From NCBI GenBank assembly GCA_965226375.1, contig CBDDCX010000004.1:32001-96000 (forward strand): 64,000 bases of DNA, read 5' to 3'. This document shows, one piece after another, positions 1-10,296 of this stretch. The notes under the pieces are model-generated. The model had not been told where the DNA came from, ran no database searches, and worked only from the letters and a program-made list of their open reading frames with translations. The translations under genes were made by a program, and so were the position numbers. The stretch is from Longimicrobiales bacterium (GTDB lineage Bacteria > Gemmatimonadota > Gemmatimonadetes > Longimicrobiales > Gaopeijiaceae). Positions within the stretch are counted from its first letter, which is position 1; each line of letters starts with the position of its first letter.

Positions 1-2
1 TG

Positions 3-173
3 ATCGCGGGTCCCGATAACCTGAACAATGACCAGATCCCGGTACGGCTGCCGTACCCGCAGAGTGAGCAGTCTGTGAACGGCGCCAACCTATCTGCGGC
101 CAACGCGGCCCAGGGCCTGAGCACTGAGCCTTGGAACGTGCCCCTCTTCTGGGACCAAAATGTTATGATGTAG
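3..173 (+). CDS. C-terminal fragment of a SusD/RagB-like nutrient-binding outer membrane lipoprotein (5'-partial)
   Basis: Frame from base 3 reads IAGPDNLNNDQIPVRLPYPQSEQSVNGANLSAANAAQGLSTEPWNVPLFWDQNVMM*. The P-x-R-x-x-Y-P-x-x-E...N..N...W-D tail is typical of SusD-like proteins. Not in the ORF track. Confidence 0.7.
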   Translation: MAGPDNLNNDQIPVRLPYPQSEQSVNGANLSAANAAQGLSTEPWNVPLFWDQNVMM

Positions 174-230
174 GATGAGACAGTTAGACCCTCTATGACC
201 TCAACCCTCGGGGGCTCATCCCCGAGGCTA

Positions 231-272
231 GAAAAGACCGGCCAGCCCAACTGGGCTGGCCGGTCTTTTTTC
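231..272. terminator. Bidirectional rho-independent terminator
   Basis: AAAAGACCGGCCAGCCC-AACT-GGGCTGGCCGGTCTTTTTT: perfect GC stem flanked by A and T tracts, between convergent genes. A second small hairpin lies at 207-227. Confidence 0.85.
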
Positions 273-346
273 TGCTCGGGATCTGGGGAGCGACGGTCCG
301 AGGAACAGCCCCGAGAGCGTGGCAGTAGCTCGTTACGGCACCGGTC

Positions 347-1477
347 TTAGTAGAGCGCCGTGTTGGGATGGAACGTCGCCCAAGCGAACCAGAACGACAC
401 GTACGCATCGGTAACGAGGTCGAGTACCGAACCTTCGAGGGGACCTGAAACAGCCCTTCCCAGCAGGCTCCACTCGCTTCCGTTTTCCAAGTCGAAGAAT
501 CCGTCGTCACGCACTTCGAAGGTCAAGTCCTGACCGTTTATTCGAGGCACGAACGCAATCGCGGTCTCGGCGTCGGTGGACCAGAAGACGACGACCGACC
601 GCTCGCCCTGTACGTCGTCGTGCACCACGGCCTTGTCGCCGAGCCGTTTGAGCTCGTTGAACGGAAACGCTATCCCGAAGCCGTGATCTCTGGGAATGCC
701 GAGAACGCGCTCTTTCGGAGGACGGCGACGGTCCAACTCGTCGTGCGGGAACAGCGTCTCGGTATTGTTGATCGCCTCGTAGTCCCCGTAGGGATACCAG
801 CGGTAGGGCCGTCCGTAGTTCTGCCGGCCCGAAACGACTCTGGTCTCGGGGTGCAGCTCCTTCCATGCGTCCCAACGCATTTCTACGGACGGATACATCG
901 GTAGGGAAGAACCGTCCAGAGGACCGCAGCGAGCCCCGCGCAGCATCTGAGGAAAAAACGACTCCTCGCCTCCGTCGCTCCTCCGGTTGAACATGATCAG
1001 GTTGTTCTGATAAATCAGGCCCGAGACGCCGAAGTCGCCCCCCTCCACCGCCGAGCGATCGAAGACCATGCTCGAACCCGTGAGGGGGCAGAAGGTGACC
1101 ACGAGCTGGGGTCCGTAGTGCTCCAGGTTCACGATCTCATGATGCCACAAAATGTTGTGTGGAACCGCCAGAACCTCGCCCCCCACCTCGATTCCGATGA
1201 CCCGGTCGAAATCCCGCACGTAAACGGCCTCTGCATGATCGGGCGCGACGAACGCCGGGTTGAGCAAGGCGGGAATTCCGTCCCTCGGCACCCCACCGAA
1301 GAAGATCTCGGATTCGTTGATGCTGCAGAACTGGTCCTCAGGGGGCTGATCGTCATTCTGAATGGGCGGGGAGGTGGTGTCGTCGCCGCAGGCGGAAACG
1401 GCAAACGCGAAGACAAGTATGGCTAGCGCTCTCAGCGGTCCCGCATGCGGGCTAAGCTTGAACTCGGAAGCAACCAC
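347..1477 (-). CDS. DUF3179 family lipoprotein
   Basis: GGVPRDGIPAL, WHHEIVN, TFCPLTGS, FGVSGL and FWFAWATFHPNT motifs; lipobox AVSAC; GTG start at 1477 with GGAG RBS. Confidence 0.85.
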   Translation of the reverse strand: MVASEFKLSPHAGPLRALAILVFAFAVSACGDDTTSPPIQNDDQPPEDQFCSINESEIFFGGVPRDGIPALLNPAFVAPDHAEAVYVRDFDRVIGIEVGGEVLAVPHNILWHHEIVNLEHYGPQLVVTFCPLTGSSMVFDRSAVEGGDFGVSGLIYQNNLIMFNRRSDGGEESFFPQMLRGARCGPLDGSSLPMYPSVEMRWDAWKELHPETRVVSGRQNYGRPYRWYPYGDYEAINNTETLFPHDELDRRRPPKERVLGIPRDHGFGIAFPFNELKRLGDKAVVHDDVQGERSVVVFWSTDAETAIAFVPRINGQDLTFEVRDDGFFDLENGSEWSLLGRAVSGPLEGSVLDLVTDAYVSFWFAWATFHPNTALY

Positions 1478-1575
1478 TAGTCTCCACCTTAGATCGAGGG
1501 TCTGGAACACTAAGCGTAACTCCCAGCGCCGGAGGCCGGTTCCCAGGGGTAGCAGCTGGGACGTTAGTGCACGAC

Positions 1576-1601
1576 AAAGGGCTCCCAACGGGAGCCCTTT
1601 T
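1576..1601. terminator. Stem-loop, possible terminator or attenuator hairpin
   Basis: AAAGGGCTCCC-AAC-GGGAGCCCTTTT. Confidence 0.5.
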
Positions 1602-1662
1602 ATCTGGAACGCTCGATCCAGACGCTTCGGCGTGACTCCGTCACGCGCGGCTCAGCTAGGCT

Positions 1663-2052
1663 TCACCTTCGCAGAGAGACAATCTCGATGATGCCCCTCG
1701 GAAACCCCATCCCATAGCGAATCCCCGCCCTGCCCTGGTCGAGGAAGCGGATCTCGAAAATGTCGCGCGCCTGATACACGGCGAGCACTTCCAGCCCTCC
1801 CATGCGGGTGCCGTCCAAGTAAACAGTGGGCGTCAATTGCCTGGGATCGATGGCCGAGTTGGTCTGACCGCGGGACCTCAGCCACTGAGGGTGTAAGGTG
1901 CGAATGGCGTCGTACGCCGTGATCGCCTGGGTCTCGGCGATCTGTTCCCGGGTTATGGTGTCCCGGGACGAGCCCGCGCCGCCGCCCGTCGCCGAAGACG
2001 CGCAGCCTCCGAGACAGAGCACGAAGCCGAAGAAGAGGCCTAGGTAACGCAT
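1663..2052 (-). CDS. Small lipoprotein with a TonB-dependent receptor plug-like domain
   Basis: Lipobox LGGC; ITREQI..TAYDAIRTLHPQWL, PTVYLDG, EIRFL...RYG...GIIEI plug-like signature. Confidence 0.7.
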   Translation of the reverse strand: MRYLGLFFGFVLCLGGCASSATGGGAGSSRDTITREQIAETQAITAYDAIRTLHPQWLRSRGQTNSAIDPRQLTPTVYLDGTRMGGLEVLAVYQARDIFEIRFLDQGRAGIRYGMGFPRGIIEIVSLRR

Positions 2053-2131
2053 GCGGGGTCCTCCATAGCCGATGGAATCATATTGATAGAATTCAAGGCC
2101 AGGCCTGTCAAACGAAACGGTAGAGCCCCTC

Positions 2132-2674
2132 TCATGGGAGCGTCCATGTCCCCCTGAAGCCGAGCCCATCAGGCTCCACCATTCCGCCTCGAAGCGAAGC
2201 CAGCGGGATCACTTCCCAAGTGAAGGTCTTGTAGCGTTTGCCGATGACGGCACCGGCGAACGCCCCTCCAACCGCGGCGAAGGCCGCCGTGTACACACGT
2301 CGATCCGTCTCTTCTGGTGATAGCGACTCGACCGTCACCGCATCCGACCGATCAACCAAGAACCACGCGCCTGCTCCCGCCACGACTCCACCGATCACGC
2401 TGAAGAGGAGCGACTTGGTCTCTACACGCTCCACCTGAAGCCCCTGGAGGGCCTCCATGGGAACACTCGTCAGGTCGACGTGGCTGGGTATGTGAATGAT
2501 GAGTTCGCCCTCAGCGATTCCCACTAGATCACCGTCGATTTGCATGGGGACCGACACACGAACCCGGTCTCCGATCTCGATGGGATAAGCCTCCTGGCCC
2601 ATGACCGCATCGGCGGACACAGGCAAGAGCAACGCCGTCAGCACCCAAACGCGTGTGGCGACTACTACCTTCAT
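2132..2674 (-). CDS. Hypothetical exported/membrane protein with Gly-zipper-like helices
   Basis: Signal-peptide-like N-terminus, GDRVRV motif, two Gly/Ala-rich hydrophobic segments. Confidence 0.6.
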   Translation of the reverse strand: MKVVVATRVWVLTALLLPVSADAVMGQEAYPIEIGDRVRVSVPMQIDGDLVGIAEGELIIHIPSHVDLTSVPMEALQGLQVERVETKSLLFSVIGGVVAGAGAWFLVDRSDAVTVESLSPEETDRRVYTAAFAAVGGAFAGAVIGKRYKTFTWEVIPLASLRGGMVEPDGLGFRGTWTLP

Positions 2675-2949
2675 GACGTTATTTCCTTTCAGCTTCAGAC
2701 CGACAGCGGACACCGCCGACCCGGATCCTTCACAAAATGATCGAAGAGGTCAAGCTTTGCCAGCAGTATTCTGTGGGAGGTGCGGCGAGGCATCTCTCGT
2801 ACGGTAAGAAGTACGTATCTTCGGCTGTACACTTACCATGTAGCCCCTCCCCTTGTGGATCTTGCCCGACAACCCCATTTGTTGACCGGAACATACGCCA
2901 GCAAGCCCCTGAACACACGTAACAAAGGGCTCCGATACCTGGAGACGAG

Positions 2950-5601
2950 ATGACTGATCGTACCCGTCTGAATCCTGCACCTGGGCTACCCTCGTCGGCG
3001 CTCACGGCCTTGTGTGCCTTCTCCCTGCTGCTGCTGCTCCCGTCAGAGGGCCGCACCCAGGACCAGAATGGGGCGTGGGACGCTCGTCAGGTCCTCGAGC
3101 AGAAGCAGTTCGTGTCGCCGCCAGCGGTGGTCACCGAGGCCGTGTTGGCACCGCGCTACCTGAATGTGACGCTGTCGGACGTGAGCCCCGACAGGATGTG
3201 GTTTCTGCATGAGGTCGGAGACGGCCCGATCACGATGGAAGTCTTCTCCAAACCGTTTCACGAGCTGGGTGGCCAGTTCATCGACTTCGAGGCGAACCGC
3301 AGCCGCCGGCTGACCACGAGAAACAACGTCGGCATCGACGTGATCTCAGCGAGCGACGGGTCCAAGGTGGAGGTCGAAATCCCCAGGGGTGCCCGGGTTT
3401 CCAACGCCTCATGGTCACCCGACGGCTCCAGGCTGGCCTTCTTCGCCCACTTCGACGACGGCACGCACATCTACGTGGCCGACGCCGCCACTGGACGCTC
3501 GAGGCGTATCACCCGCCGAGCCGTGCTCGCCACTCTGGTCACATCATATGAGTGGACGGCCGGGGGAGACCAGATCGCGACCGTCCTGATTCCTGAGGAC
3601 CGTCCGCCGATGCCCGTGGCGCCCGCGGTTCCCACGGGCCCACAGGTCAAGATCACCGAGGAGGGCGAAAACCACCTGCGGACGTTCGCGAGCCTGATGC
3701 AGACGCCGCACGACGAGGCCCTCCTGACCTGGCACGCCACGGGCCAGTTCGCGCTGGTCGAGGTCGACACCCGGGATGTTGAACGCGTCGGTGAGCCGGC
3801 CATGGTAAAGGGCTTCGACTTTTCGTCTGACGCACGCTACGTCCGCGTGTCATTGATGGAGCACCCCTTCAGTTACATCGTCCCGGTCAACAACTTCGGC
3901 AACGTCGAGGAGATCTGGGACACCCAGGGTAACGTGCTCACGGAGTTGAAGCGCACGCCGATCAACACCGGCCTCCCCGACCCTGATCGACCGCGGCCGG
4001 GTTCTCCGCAGTTCGGGCAGGAGGACCAGGAAGGCCGTCGGCAGGTAAAGTGGCGGATCGACGGACAGGGCATCACCTACCTCGAGCAGGAGCCAAGGCG
4101 GGACGACGCAGAGGAAGAGGATCCCGAGCAGGAGCGGCTCAACCCCCGCATGGATCGGGTCATGCAGTGGCTTCCGCCCTTCGACGACACGAGCCTCTCC
4201 GTCGTGTACGAGAGCGACAACCGCATCTCGGCCCACCGCTTTTCACCTGATATGTCCATCCTCTTCGTGACCGAACGCAAGGAAGAGCGGGTCTGGGAAT
4301 ACGCCGTCTTCCTGGACGATCCGGAGGCCGAGGCTCACACGTTGTTCGAGTACGACGCAGAGGATTTCTACTCGATTCCCGGTAACCTTGTCATGACCGG
4401 AGGCAGACTGCCCGAGGTCGGACGGCGACGCAACAGTGTGCTAGTCGACACGCGAGACGGATCCGTCCAGCTGTCGGCCGACGGTGAGCAGGTCTTCTTT
4501 TATGGGACACGCTACAACGAGGACCCGCTTGCGGTCGCACCGATGACGTTCCTGGACCGAGTCGACATTCGCACCGGCGAGAGCGAGCGGATCTTCGAGG
4601 GCGCCAACGAAGGAGCGTTCGAGCAGCTCACGTCTCTCCTGGACGTCAACTCCGGACGCTTCATCGTGTCGCGGGAGTCCCCCACGGAGGTTTCCCAGTC
4701 GTACCTCGTGCAAGGCTCGAGCCGCGTCCAAATCACCGACAACGCCGACTACACGCCCGACCTGACGGCCGCTCCGAGGGAACGGTTCACGGTGGAGCGA
4801 CCCGACGGGTTCCGGTTCCTGGTCAACGTCACACTGCCGACCGGGTACCAGCCCGGCACGCGGCTTCCGGCCATGTTCTGGTTCTATCCCAGGGAGTACG
4901 AGGACCAGGAGGGGTACAACGAGCGAGGACGCACGTACAACAAGAACGCCTTTCCGGACTTCGGGGCGCGCTCCATCGAGTACCTGATCCGTCTCGGCTA
5001 CGCGGTGGTCGAGCCCGATGCACCCATCGTGGGCAAGCCGGGTCAGATGAACAACAACTACGAGCACGACCTGAGGAACAACCTGGCGGCGGTGATCGAC
5101 GAACTCGATCGCCGAGAGATCATCGATCGGCAAAGACTCGGACTCGGCGGACACTCCTACGGAGCCTTCTCGACGGTCAACGCCATGGTACACACCCCCT
5201 TCTTCAAGGCCGGCATCGCGGGAGACGGGAACTACAACCGGACCTTCACGCCGCTCAGTTTCCAGTCCGAGCGCCGCTTCCTATGGGATGCCAAGGACGT
5301 CTACCTGGGGATGTCGCCGTTCCTGTACGCCAACAACCTCACTGGAGCGCTGCTCATGTACCACGGACTCCACGACCAGAACGTGGGGACCGATCCGGAT
5401 CACTCTCCCAGGCTGTTCCACGCATTGAACGGGCTGGGCAAGGAAGCCGCCATGTACCTCTATCCGTTCGAAGATCACGGACCGGCGACCAAGGAAACTC
5501 TCCTCGACCTATGGGGGCGCTGGGCAGCTTGGCTGGACGTGTACCTCGGGGGCTCAGAGACCACGGGGCGGGCGATCAGCGACCTCATGGGACGCCGCTA
5601 G
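2950..5601 (+). CDS. S9 family prolyl oligopeptidase-like serine peptidase (glutamyl-peptidase-like), exported
   Basis: 883 aa; WSPDG propeller repeat; GGHSYGA nucleophile motif; HGLHDQN and EDHG catalytic Asp/His. Confidence 0.9.
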   Translation: MTDRTRLNPAPGLPSSALTALCAFSLLLLLPSEGRTQDQNGAWDARQVLEQKQFVSPPAVVTEAVLAPRYLNVTLSDVSPDRMWFLHEVGDGPITMEVFSKPFHELGGQFIDFEANRSRRLTTRNNVGIDVISASDGSKVEVEIPRGARVSNASWSPDGSRLAFFAHFDDGTHIYVADAATGRSRRITRRAVLATLVTSYEWTAGGDQIATVLIPEDRPPMPVAPAVPTGPQVKITEEGENHLRTFASLMQTPHDEALLTWHATGQFALVEVDTRDVERVGEPAMVKGFDFSSDARYVRVSLMEHPFSYIVPVNNFGNVEEIWDTQGNVLTELKRTPINTGLPDPDRPRPGSPQFGQEDQEGRRQVKWRIDGQGITYLEQEPRRDDAEEEDPEQERLNPRMDRVMQWLPPFDDTSLSVVYESDNRISAHRFSPDMSILFVTERKEERVWEYAVFLDDPEAEAHTLFEYDAEDFYSIPGNLVMTGGRLPEVGRRRNSVLVDTRDGSVQLSADGEQVFFYGTRYNEDPLAVAPMTFLDRVDIRTGESERIFEGANEGAFEQLTSLLDVNSGRFIVSRESPTEVSQSYLVQGSSRVQITDNADYTPDLTAAPRERFTVERPDGFRFLVNVTLPTGYQPGTRLPAMFWFYPREYEDQEGYNERGRTYNKNAFPDFGARSIEYLIRLGYAVVEPDAPIVGKPGQMNNNYEHDLRNNLAAVIDELDRREIIDRQRLGLGGHSYGAFSTVNAMVHTPFFKAGIAGDGNYNRTFTPLSFQSERRFLWDAKDVYLGMSPFLYANNLTGALLMYHGLHDQNVGTDPDHSPRLFHALNGLGKEAAMYLYPFEDHGPATKETLLDLWGRWAAWLDVYLGGSETTGRAISDLMGRR

Positions 5602-5615
5602 CTTCCCGCCCGAGC

Positions 5616-6176
5616 GTGAGTGAAGCCGTAGGCCATCCGCTGAGCACACCGAGCGAACGCTCGCTGACGATCGGTATCTTCGGGTTGACCCTGCTGGTCG
5701 GGGGACTCGTGGCTGCGCTGGCAGCCTTTCCGCAAGCACTCCGCTTGGACGGTCTGGACGTATCCGGACTCCCGCGCCTACACGCGGTCATAAACGGGAC
5801 GACAGCGCTGTTACTGACGACCGCCTACGCGGCGATCCGTAATGGGTACCGCAGAACGCACATCTGCATCATGTGCGTGTGCTTTATCCTGTCGTGCCTC
5901 TTCCTGATCTCCTATGTGACGTACCACTCCCAGGCGCCACAGACCCATTTCGGCGGCGTCGGCTGGGTCCGTCCCACCTACTTCTTCATTCTCATTACAC
6001 ATATTTCGCTGGCGCCCATCCTGGTCCCGTTCGTTCTCTTTACTTTGTCGAGAGCAGTGAGCGGCGAATTCGTCAAGCATCGCCGGCTGGCTCGTTGGAC
6101 GCTGCCGATCTGGATGTACGTGGCCGTGACCGGCGTGCTGGTCTACCTCATGATGGCGCCCTACTACCCGTCCTGA
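5616..6176 (+). CDS. DUF420 family membrane protein
   Basis: LPRLHAVING, FLISYVTYH, YFFILITHI, HRRLARWTLPIWMYVAVTGV. Confidence 0.85.
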   Translation: MSEAVGHPLSTPSERSLTIGIFGLTLLVGGLVAALAAFPQALRLDGLDVSGLPRLHAVINGTTALLLTTAYAAIRNGYRRTHICIMCVCFILSCLFLISYVTYHSQAPQTHFGGVGWVRPTYFFILITHISLAPILVPFVLFTLSRAVSGEFVKHRRLARWTLPIWMYVAVTGVLVYLMMAPYYPS

Positions 6177-6236
6177 CGTAGCAGTCGGCCCGACTCTCAG
6201 GGTAGGCCGAAGACGAGTTACCCACGAGGAAATACC

Positions 6237-7793
6237 ATGCCGTCCAACAGACTCAGTCTTCTCATCGCCGCCTTCACACTGTCCGCCCTGGCCTGCGAGC
6301 CCCAGGCCGGACCCATCGATGTGGTGGAGGCGAGTATCGCGGAGATCCAGGACGCTATCCTGACCGGACGTACCACATGCCGGATGGTGGTCCAGGCTTA
6401 CCTCGATCGGATCGAGGCCTACGACGAATCGACGGTCAACGCCATCACGGTCGTGAACCCGAACGCCCTCTCCCGGGCTGACGATCTCGACGCATTGCTC
6501 GGGGCGGGCCTCGAACCACCGCCGCTCTTCTGTGCTCCGATGCTCGTAAAGGACAACTTCGACACCCACGACCTACCCACGACGGGCGGCTCCGCCGCGC
6601 TCATGGGGAGCCTCCCTCCCGACGACGCATTCATGGTGCGACGTATCCGCGAGGCCGGTGCCGTCATAGTCGCCAAGACGAACATGGCCGAGTGGGCCTT
6701 CAGTGCCCGCCAGACCGTAAGCTCGTCTTACGACACCACCGCGAACGCGTATGCTTTCGATCGCGTGCCTGCGGGATCCAGCGGTGGCACGGCTTCGGGC
6801 GTCGCCGCCAGCTTCGGCGTCGCCGGACTGGGAAGCGACACGGGCAACTCCATCCGCGGCCCCTCTTCGCACCTGGCTCTGGTGGGGATCCGGTCCACGA
6901 TCGGCCTTACGAGCCGGGACGGCGTCATCCCCCTCTCCTTCGATCGGGACATCGCGGGCCCGATGGCCCGCAGCGTCGAGGACGCGGCCACGATCTTCAA
7001 CGTGGTCGCCGGCTACGACCCCGCCGACCCTTACACCGAGGCGGGACGCGATCGTAAGGAGCCCGACTATACGGCGGGCCTGGATGCCGATGGACTGCAG
7101 GGCACACGGATCGCGGTAGTACGCCAACTCGTGGACGCGGAGGACGCCGACACGGCGGTCGTGCGCGTCTTCGAGCAAGCCGTAGCCGACCTGGCCCAGC
7201 TCGGCGCCACCATCGTAGACCCCTTCGATTTCGACCTACAGGCGCAGCTCGATCGGGAAGGCATGTTCTGCAGGCGCTTCCGTTACGACATGTACCAGTA
7301 CCTATCGTCCCTGGGCGAGGACGCTCCGATCCGCGACGTGCTCGAGGTGCTCGAGACGGGCCAGTACGCCGACTACTCCGAGCAGTCCCTGCGGCGCCAC
7401 GAGGATATGCCGATGGACGTGCACCCCAGCGATTGGGGCACACCCTGCCCCGACTACTCCGAGCACCGGGAGAGGCAAGCGTATCTGTCGGAGTTGGTGG
7501 CGGCCATGGATGCAGCCGAAGTCGACGCCATCGTATACCCCAGCTGGCGGAATCCCCCGGCACATCTCGATCGAGCACGCGCAGAGTACCTGGGGGACAA
7601 CAGCCAACTCGTGGCGCCGGCGACCGGAATGCCCGCCATCACGGTACCGATGGGGTACACGTACGGAACGCTCCCTGCAGGACTTCAGATTCTCGGACGC
7701 CCCTACGACGAGCTACTGCTCTTCAGACTGGCATATGCGTACGAGCAGGGCACGCATCACAGACGGCCTCCGGCCGGCTTCCCGGCCCTGTGA
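6237..7793 (+). CDS. Amidase signature family protein (lipoprotein)
   Basis: VKDN, GSSGG and GSDTGNSIRGP amidase signature; lipobox ALAC. Confidence 0.92.
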   Translation: MPSNRLSLLIAAFTLSALACEPQAGPIDVVEASIAEIQDAILTGRTTCRMVVQAYLDRIEAYDESTVNAITVVNPNALSRADDLDALLGAGLEPPPLFCAPMLVKDNFDTHDLPTTGGSAALMGSLPPDDAFMVRRIREAGAVIVAKTNMAEWAFSARQTVSSSYDTTANAYAFDRVPAGSSGGTASGVAASFGVAGLGSDTGNSIRGPSSHLALVGIRSTIGLTSRDGVIPLSFDRDIAGPMARSVEDAATIFNVVAGYDPADPYTEAGRDRKEPDYTAGLDADGLQGTRIAVVRQLVDAEDADTAVVRVFEQAVADLAQLGATIVDPFDFDLQAQLDREGMFCRRFRYDMYQYLSSLGEDAPIRDVLEVLETGQYADYSEQSLRRHEDMPMDVHPSDWGTPCPDYSEHRERQAYLSELVAAMDAAEVDAIVYPSWRNPPAHLDRARAEYLGDNSQLVAPATGMPAITVPMGYTYGTLPAGLQILGRPYDELLLFRLAYAYEQGTHHRRPPAGFPAL

Positions 7794-7830
7794 AGTCGAG
7801 CAAGACACGCATTTCGGGAGCCGGGCTGCT

Positions 7831-8256
7831 TCAGGGAAGCAGTGCGTTCACCTGAACCGTGGCGGTGCCGCTCCGGCCCTCAGAGGTCGCAGTAATGGTG
7901 GCGGTGCCCAGGCCCGTTCCGGTGACTAGACCGGCGCTGGTGACCGTCGCGATCTGACCAGTCGACGACGTCCACTCGACGGGACGGCCGAGCTCCTGCC
8001 CGAAAGGATCCCATGTCACGGCCATGAGCTGCACCGTCGCACCGGAGAGGATGGTCGATTCCCGGGGTGTGACTCCCACCCTGAAGACTCCCCGACAGCC
8101 GGCGCACAACACCCGCTCCGATGAGTTATCGAGAGCGGTTCCACCGACCCCTTCACACGGTGCGGTGAAGAGCATTCCCGCCAATGCCGCAGCGAGCGCG
8201 ACGCGGTGATGCCTGGCGGGAGGCGCTACAGGGCGGTGCTTGGAGATAACGGGCAT
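7831..8256 (-). CDS. Small Ig-like (Big_2) domain protein with CxxC
   Basis: VEWTSSTGQIATVTSAGLVTGTGLGTATITATSEG Big_2 pattern; CAGC precedes the domain. Confidence 0.7.
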   Translation of the reverse strand: MPVISKHRPVAPPARHHRVALAAALAGMLFTAPCEGVGGTALDNSSERVLCAGCRGVFRVGVTPRESTILSGATVQLMAVTWDPFGQELGRPVEWTSSTGQIATVTSAGLVTGTGLGTATITATSEGRSGTATVQVNALLP

Positions 8257-8453
8257 CCCTTGTTGAGCTCGTGGGGCCGAACGCACCTGTATCTGATCCA
8301 TGGACCGCCGGAAGAGTTCCCGCACCGCGCCTTCGCTTGCCGTCGCGTCGCGGCCCGTCTAAGGTGGACCACCTTCCCGTGGTTCCTCGTGAGAAGACCG
8401 ACGACGGCTACCGGATCCGGGCGGGCGGCTGACACCTATGCCCTGAGGTTACC

Positions 8454-9824
8454 ATGCACGCACCATCCGCACTCTTGGCCCTGTCCCTCTCGCTCTGGGC
8501 ACCTGCCGGAGCGCCCGCACAGTCCCCCGCCCCCGATCCGCCCGTTCCCGGCGACGGCGTCATGACCATGACGCTCACCGGCGACGCGATCATCACCCGG
8601 GCCCTGTCCCCTTATGTGGAACCGGCGTACCTGGAGATGATCGACCTCTTGAGGAGCGCCGACATGGCGTTCACCAACCTCGAGGTGCTCCTCCACGACT
8701 ATGAGCCGTATCCGGCCTACCAGAGCGGAGGTACGTGGATGCGTGCCGCTCCGGAAATGGCCGAGGAACTCGTGTGGGCGGGCTTCGACATGGTGTCGTT
8801 GGCCAACAACCACACTGGAGACTACGGCCCCCTGGGAGGGCGCCTCACACGCCAGTACGCCCGAGCCGCCGGTCTGGTGGGTGCCGGGTCGGGCGAGGAC
8901 CTCAACGAGGCCCGGGAAGCGAAGTTTCTCGAGACCGCCGACGGTCGAGTCGCTCTGATCTCCCTGGCTTCTACCTTCACGGCGCACTCGGTAGCGGGCC
9001 TACCGGGTGCAGCGACGGTTGGGCGTCCCGGACTCAACCCCCTGCGGCACGAGCGTTGGCGCGTGGTGACGAGGGACCAGCTCGAGGGACTCCGAGAAGG
9101 GCTGGACAATGCCGGAGTCGGCATGGCGGCGAGCGGTGACGGGCTCACGATCTTCGGGAATCGCTTCGAGGTAGGGAGCGACCTCGGTCGTCATACCGCG
9201 CCCGATCCAGAAGACGTCGCGGCGATCACTGCAGTGGTCCGGAACGCCAAAGTGCAGGCGGACTACGTCGTCGTGTCGATCCACGCGCACGAGGGCGGCG
9301 CAAACCGGACCATCCCCGCGGACTTCATCATCGAGTTCGCGCACGCCGTGATCGACGCGGGAGCGGACGTCATGGTGGGCCACGGACCCCACGTGCTGCG
9401 CGGTGTGGAGATCTACAAGGGAAAGCCGATCCTCTACAGTCTCGGGGACTTCATCTTCCAGAACGAGACACTGCTGCGACTGCCGGCCGAGAACTACGCC
9501 CGGTACGGCCTCGATCCAACGGCCGGCGTCAGCGCGTTCAACTACGAGCGTTACGCGGGAGACACACGCAGCTTCCCAGCCGATCCCGAGATCTGGGAGG
9601 GAGCGATCGCCATGCCGTCCTTCAGAGACGGAGAACTCTTCGAGCTACGCCTGCTCCCGGTCACGCTGGGCTTCGGCGCACCGCCGTCGATCCGAGGTAG
9701 GCCCCTGCCGGCCACTGGAGAGTTGGGTCGCAAGATCGTTCAGGACGTGATCGAGCGCTCAGCGCGCTTCGGGACGACCGTCGAGGAGAGCGACGGCGTG
9801 GCACTGGTACGGATCCCGAGATAG
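8454..9824 (+). CDS. CapA family (PGA_cap) metallophosphatase-fold protein, exported
   Basis: TGD, NLE, SLANNH, SIHAH, GHGPH and YSLGDF motifs. Confidence 0.9.
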   Translation: MHAPSALLALSLSLWAPAGAPAQSPAPDPPVPGDGVMTMTLTGDAIITRALSPYVEPAYLEMIDLLRSADMAFTNLEVLLHDYEPYPAYQSGGTWMRAAPEMAEELVWAGFDMVSLANNHTGDYGPLGGRLTRQYARAAGLVGAGSGEDLNEAREAKFLETADGRVALISLASTFTAHSVAGLPGAATVGRPGLNPLRHERWRVVTRDQLEGLREGLDNAGVGMAASGDGLTIFGNRFEVGSDLGRHTAPDPEDVAAITAVVRNAKVQADYVVVSIHAHEGGANRTIPADFIIEFAHAVIDAGADVMVGHGPHVLRGVEIYKGKPILYSLGDFIFQNETLLRLPAENYARYGLDPTAGVSAFNYERYAGDTRSFPADPEIWEGAIAMPSFRDGELFELRLLPVTLGFGAPPSIRGRPLPATGELGRKIVQDVIERSARFGTTVEESDGVALVRIPR

Positions 9825-9840
9825 CGGGGACTTCGCGGGC

Positions 9841-10296
9841 TCAGCCGTGCGGGAGGCGAGGTCGCAGATAGCCGTAGGCCCAAGCGCCCGCCATCGCCGC
9901 CAGGAGTCCCACGAACATGACCCAGACGCCGGTTCCGATCAGCGCATAGATCGGGCCCGGGCAGGCACCGGCAAGCCCCCAGCCCAGCCCGAAGATGGTC
10001 CCGCCGATCCAATGCTGGGGCCCTGGCCGACTGTCCTGTGGAGAAGGAAAGACAATGGGCCGCCCAGTCAACGTGCGCGCGTTGGTTCTCTTCATCAGGA
10101 AGACACTCAGCGCACCCACCGCCACCGCTCCACCGATTACCCCGTACATGTGAAACGAATGAAAGCGGAACATCTCCTGAATCCTGAACCACGAGATCAC
10201 TTCCGTCTTGACGAACACGATCCCGAGGAACACCCCCAGCAGGAGGTAGGGGCCCAAGGGTTCGGCCTTGCTGAGGGTCTGCTCTTGCATCATCAC
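9841..10296 (-). CDS. YeeE/YedE family sulfur transporter, small subunit
   Basis: WFRIQEMFRF and GGTIFGLGWGLAGACPGP. Confidence 0.88.
   Translation of the reverse strand: MMMQEQTLSKAEPLGPYLLLGVFLGIVFVKTEVISWFRIQEMFRFHSFHMYGVIGGAVAVGALSVFLMKRTNARTLTGRPIVFPSPQDSRPGPQHWIGGTIFGLGWGLAGACPGPIYALIGTGVWVMFVGLLAAMAGAWAYGYLRPRLPHG

Noticed and set aside
347..1477. Selenocysteine in the DUF3179 protein or the YeeE proteins
   Set aside because: The relevant positions are ordinary Cys codons and there is no in-frame TGA
1508..1569. attC-like reading of CACTAAG...CGTTAGTG
   Set aside because: The ends do not fit RYYYAAC/GTTRRRY on one strand and no L boxes are evident; kept only as part of the structured leader
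8454..9824. Poly-gamma-glutamate capsule locus
   Set aside because: Only a stand-alone CapA-family gene is present; no capB or capC nearby
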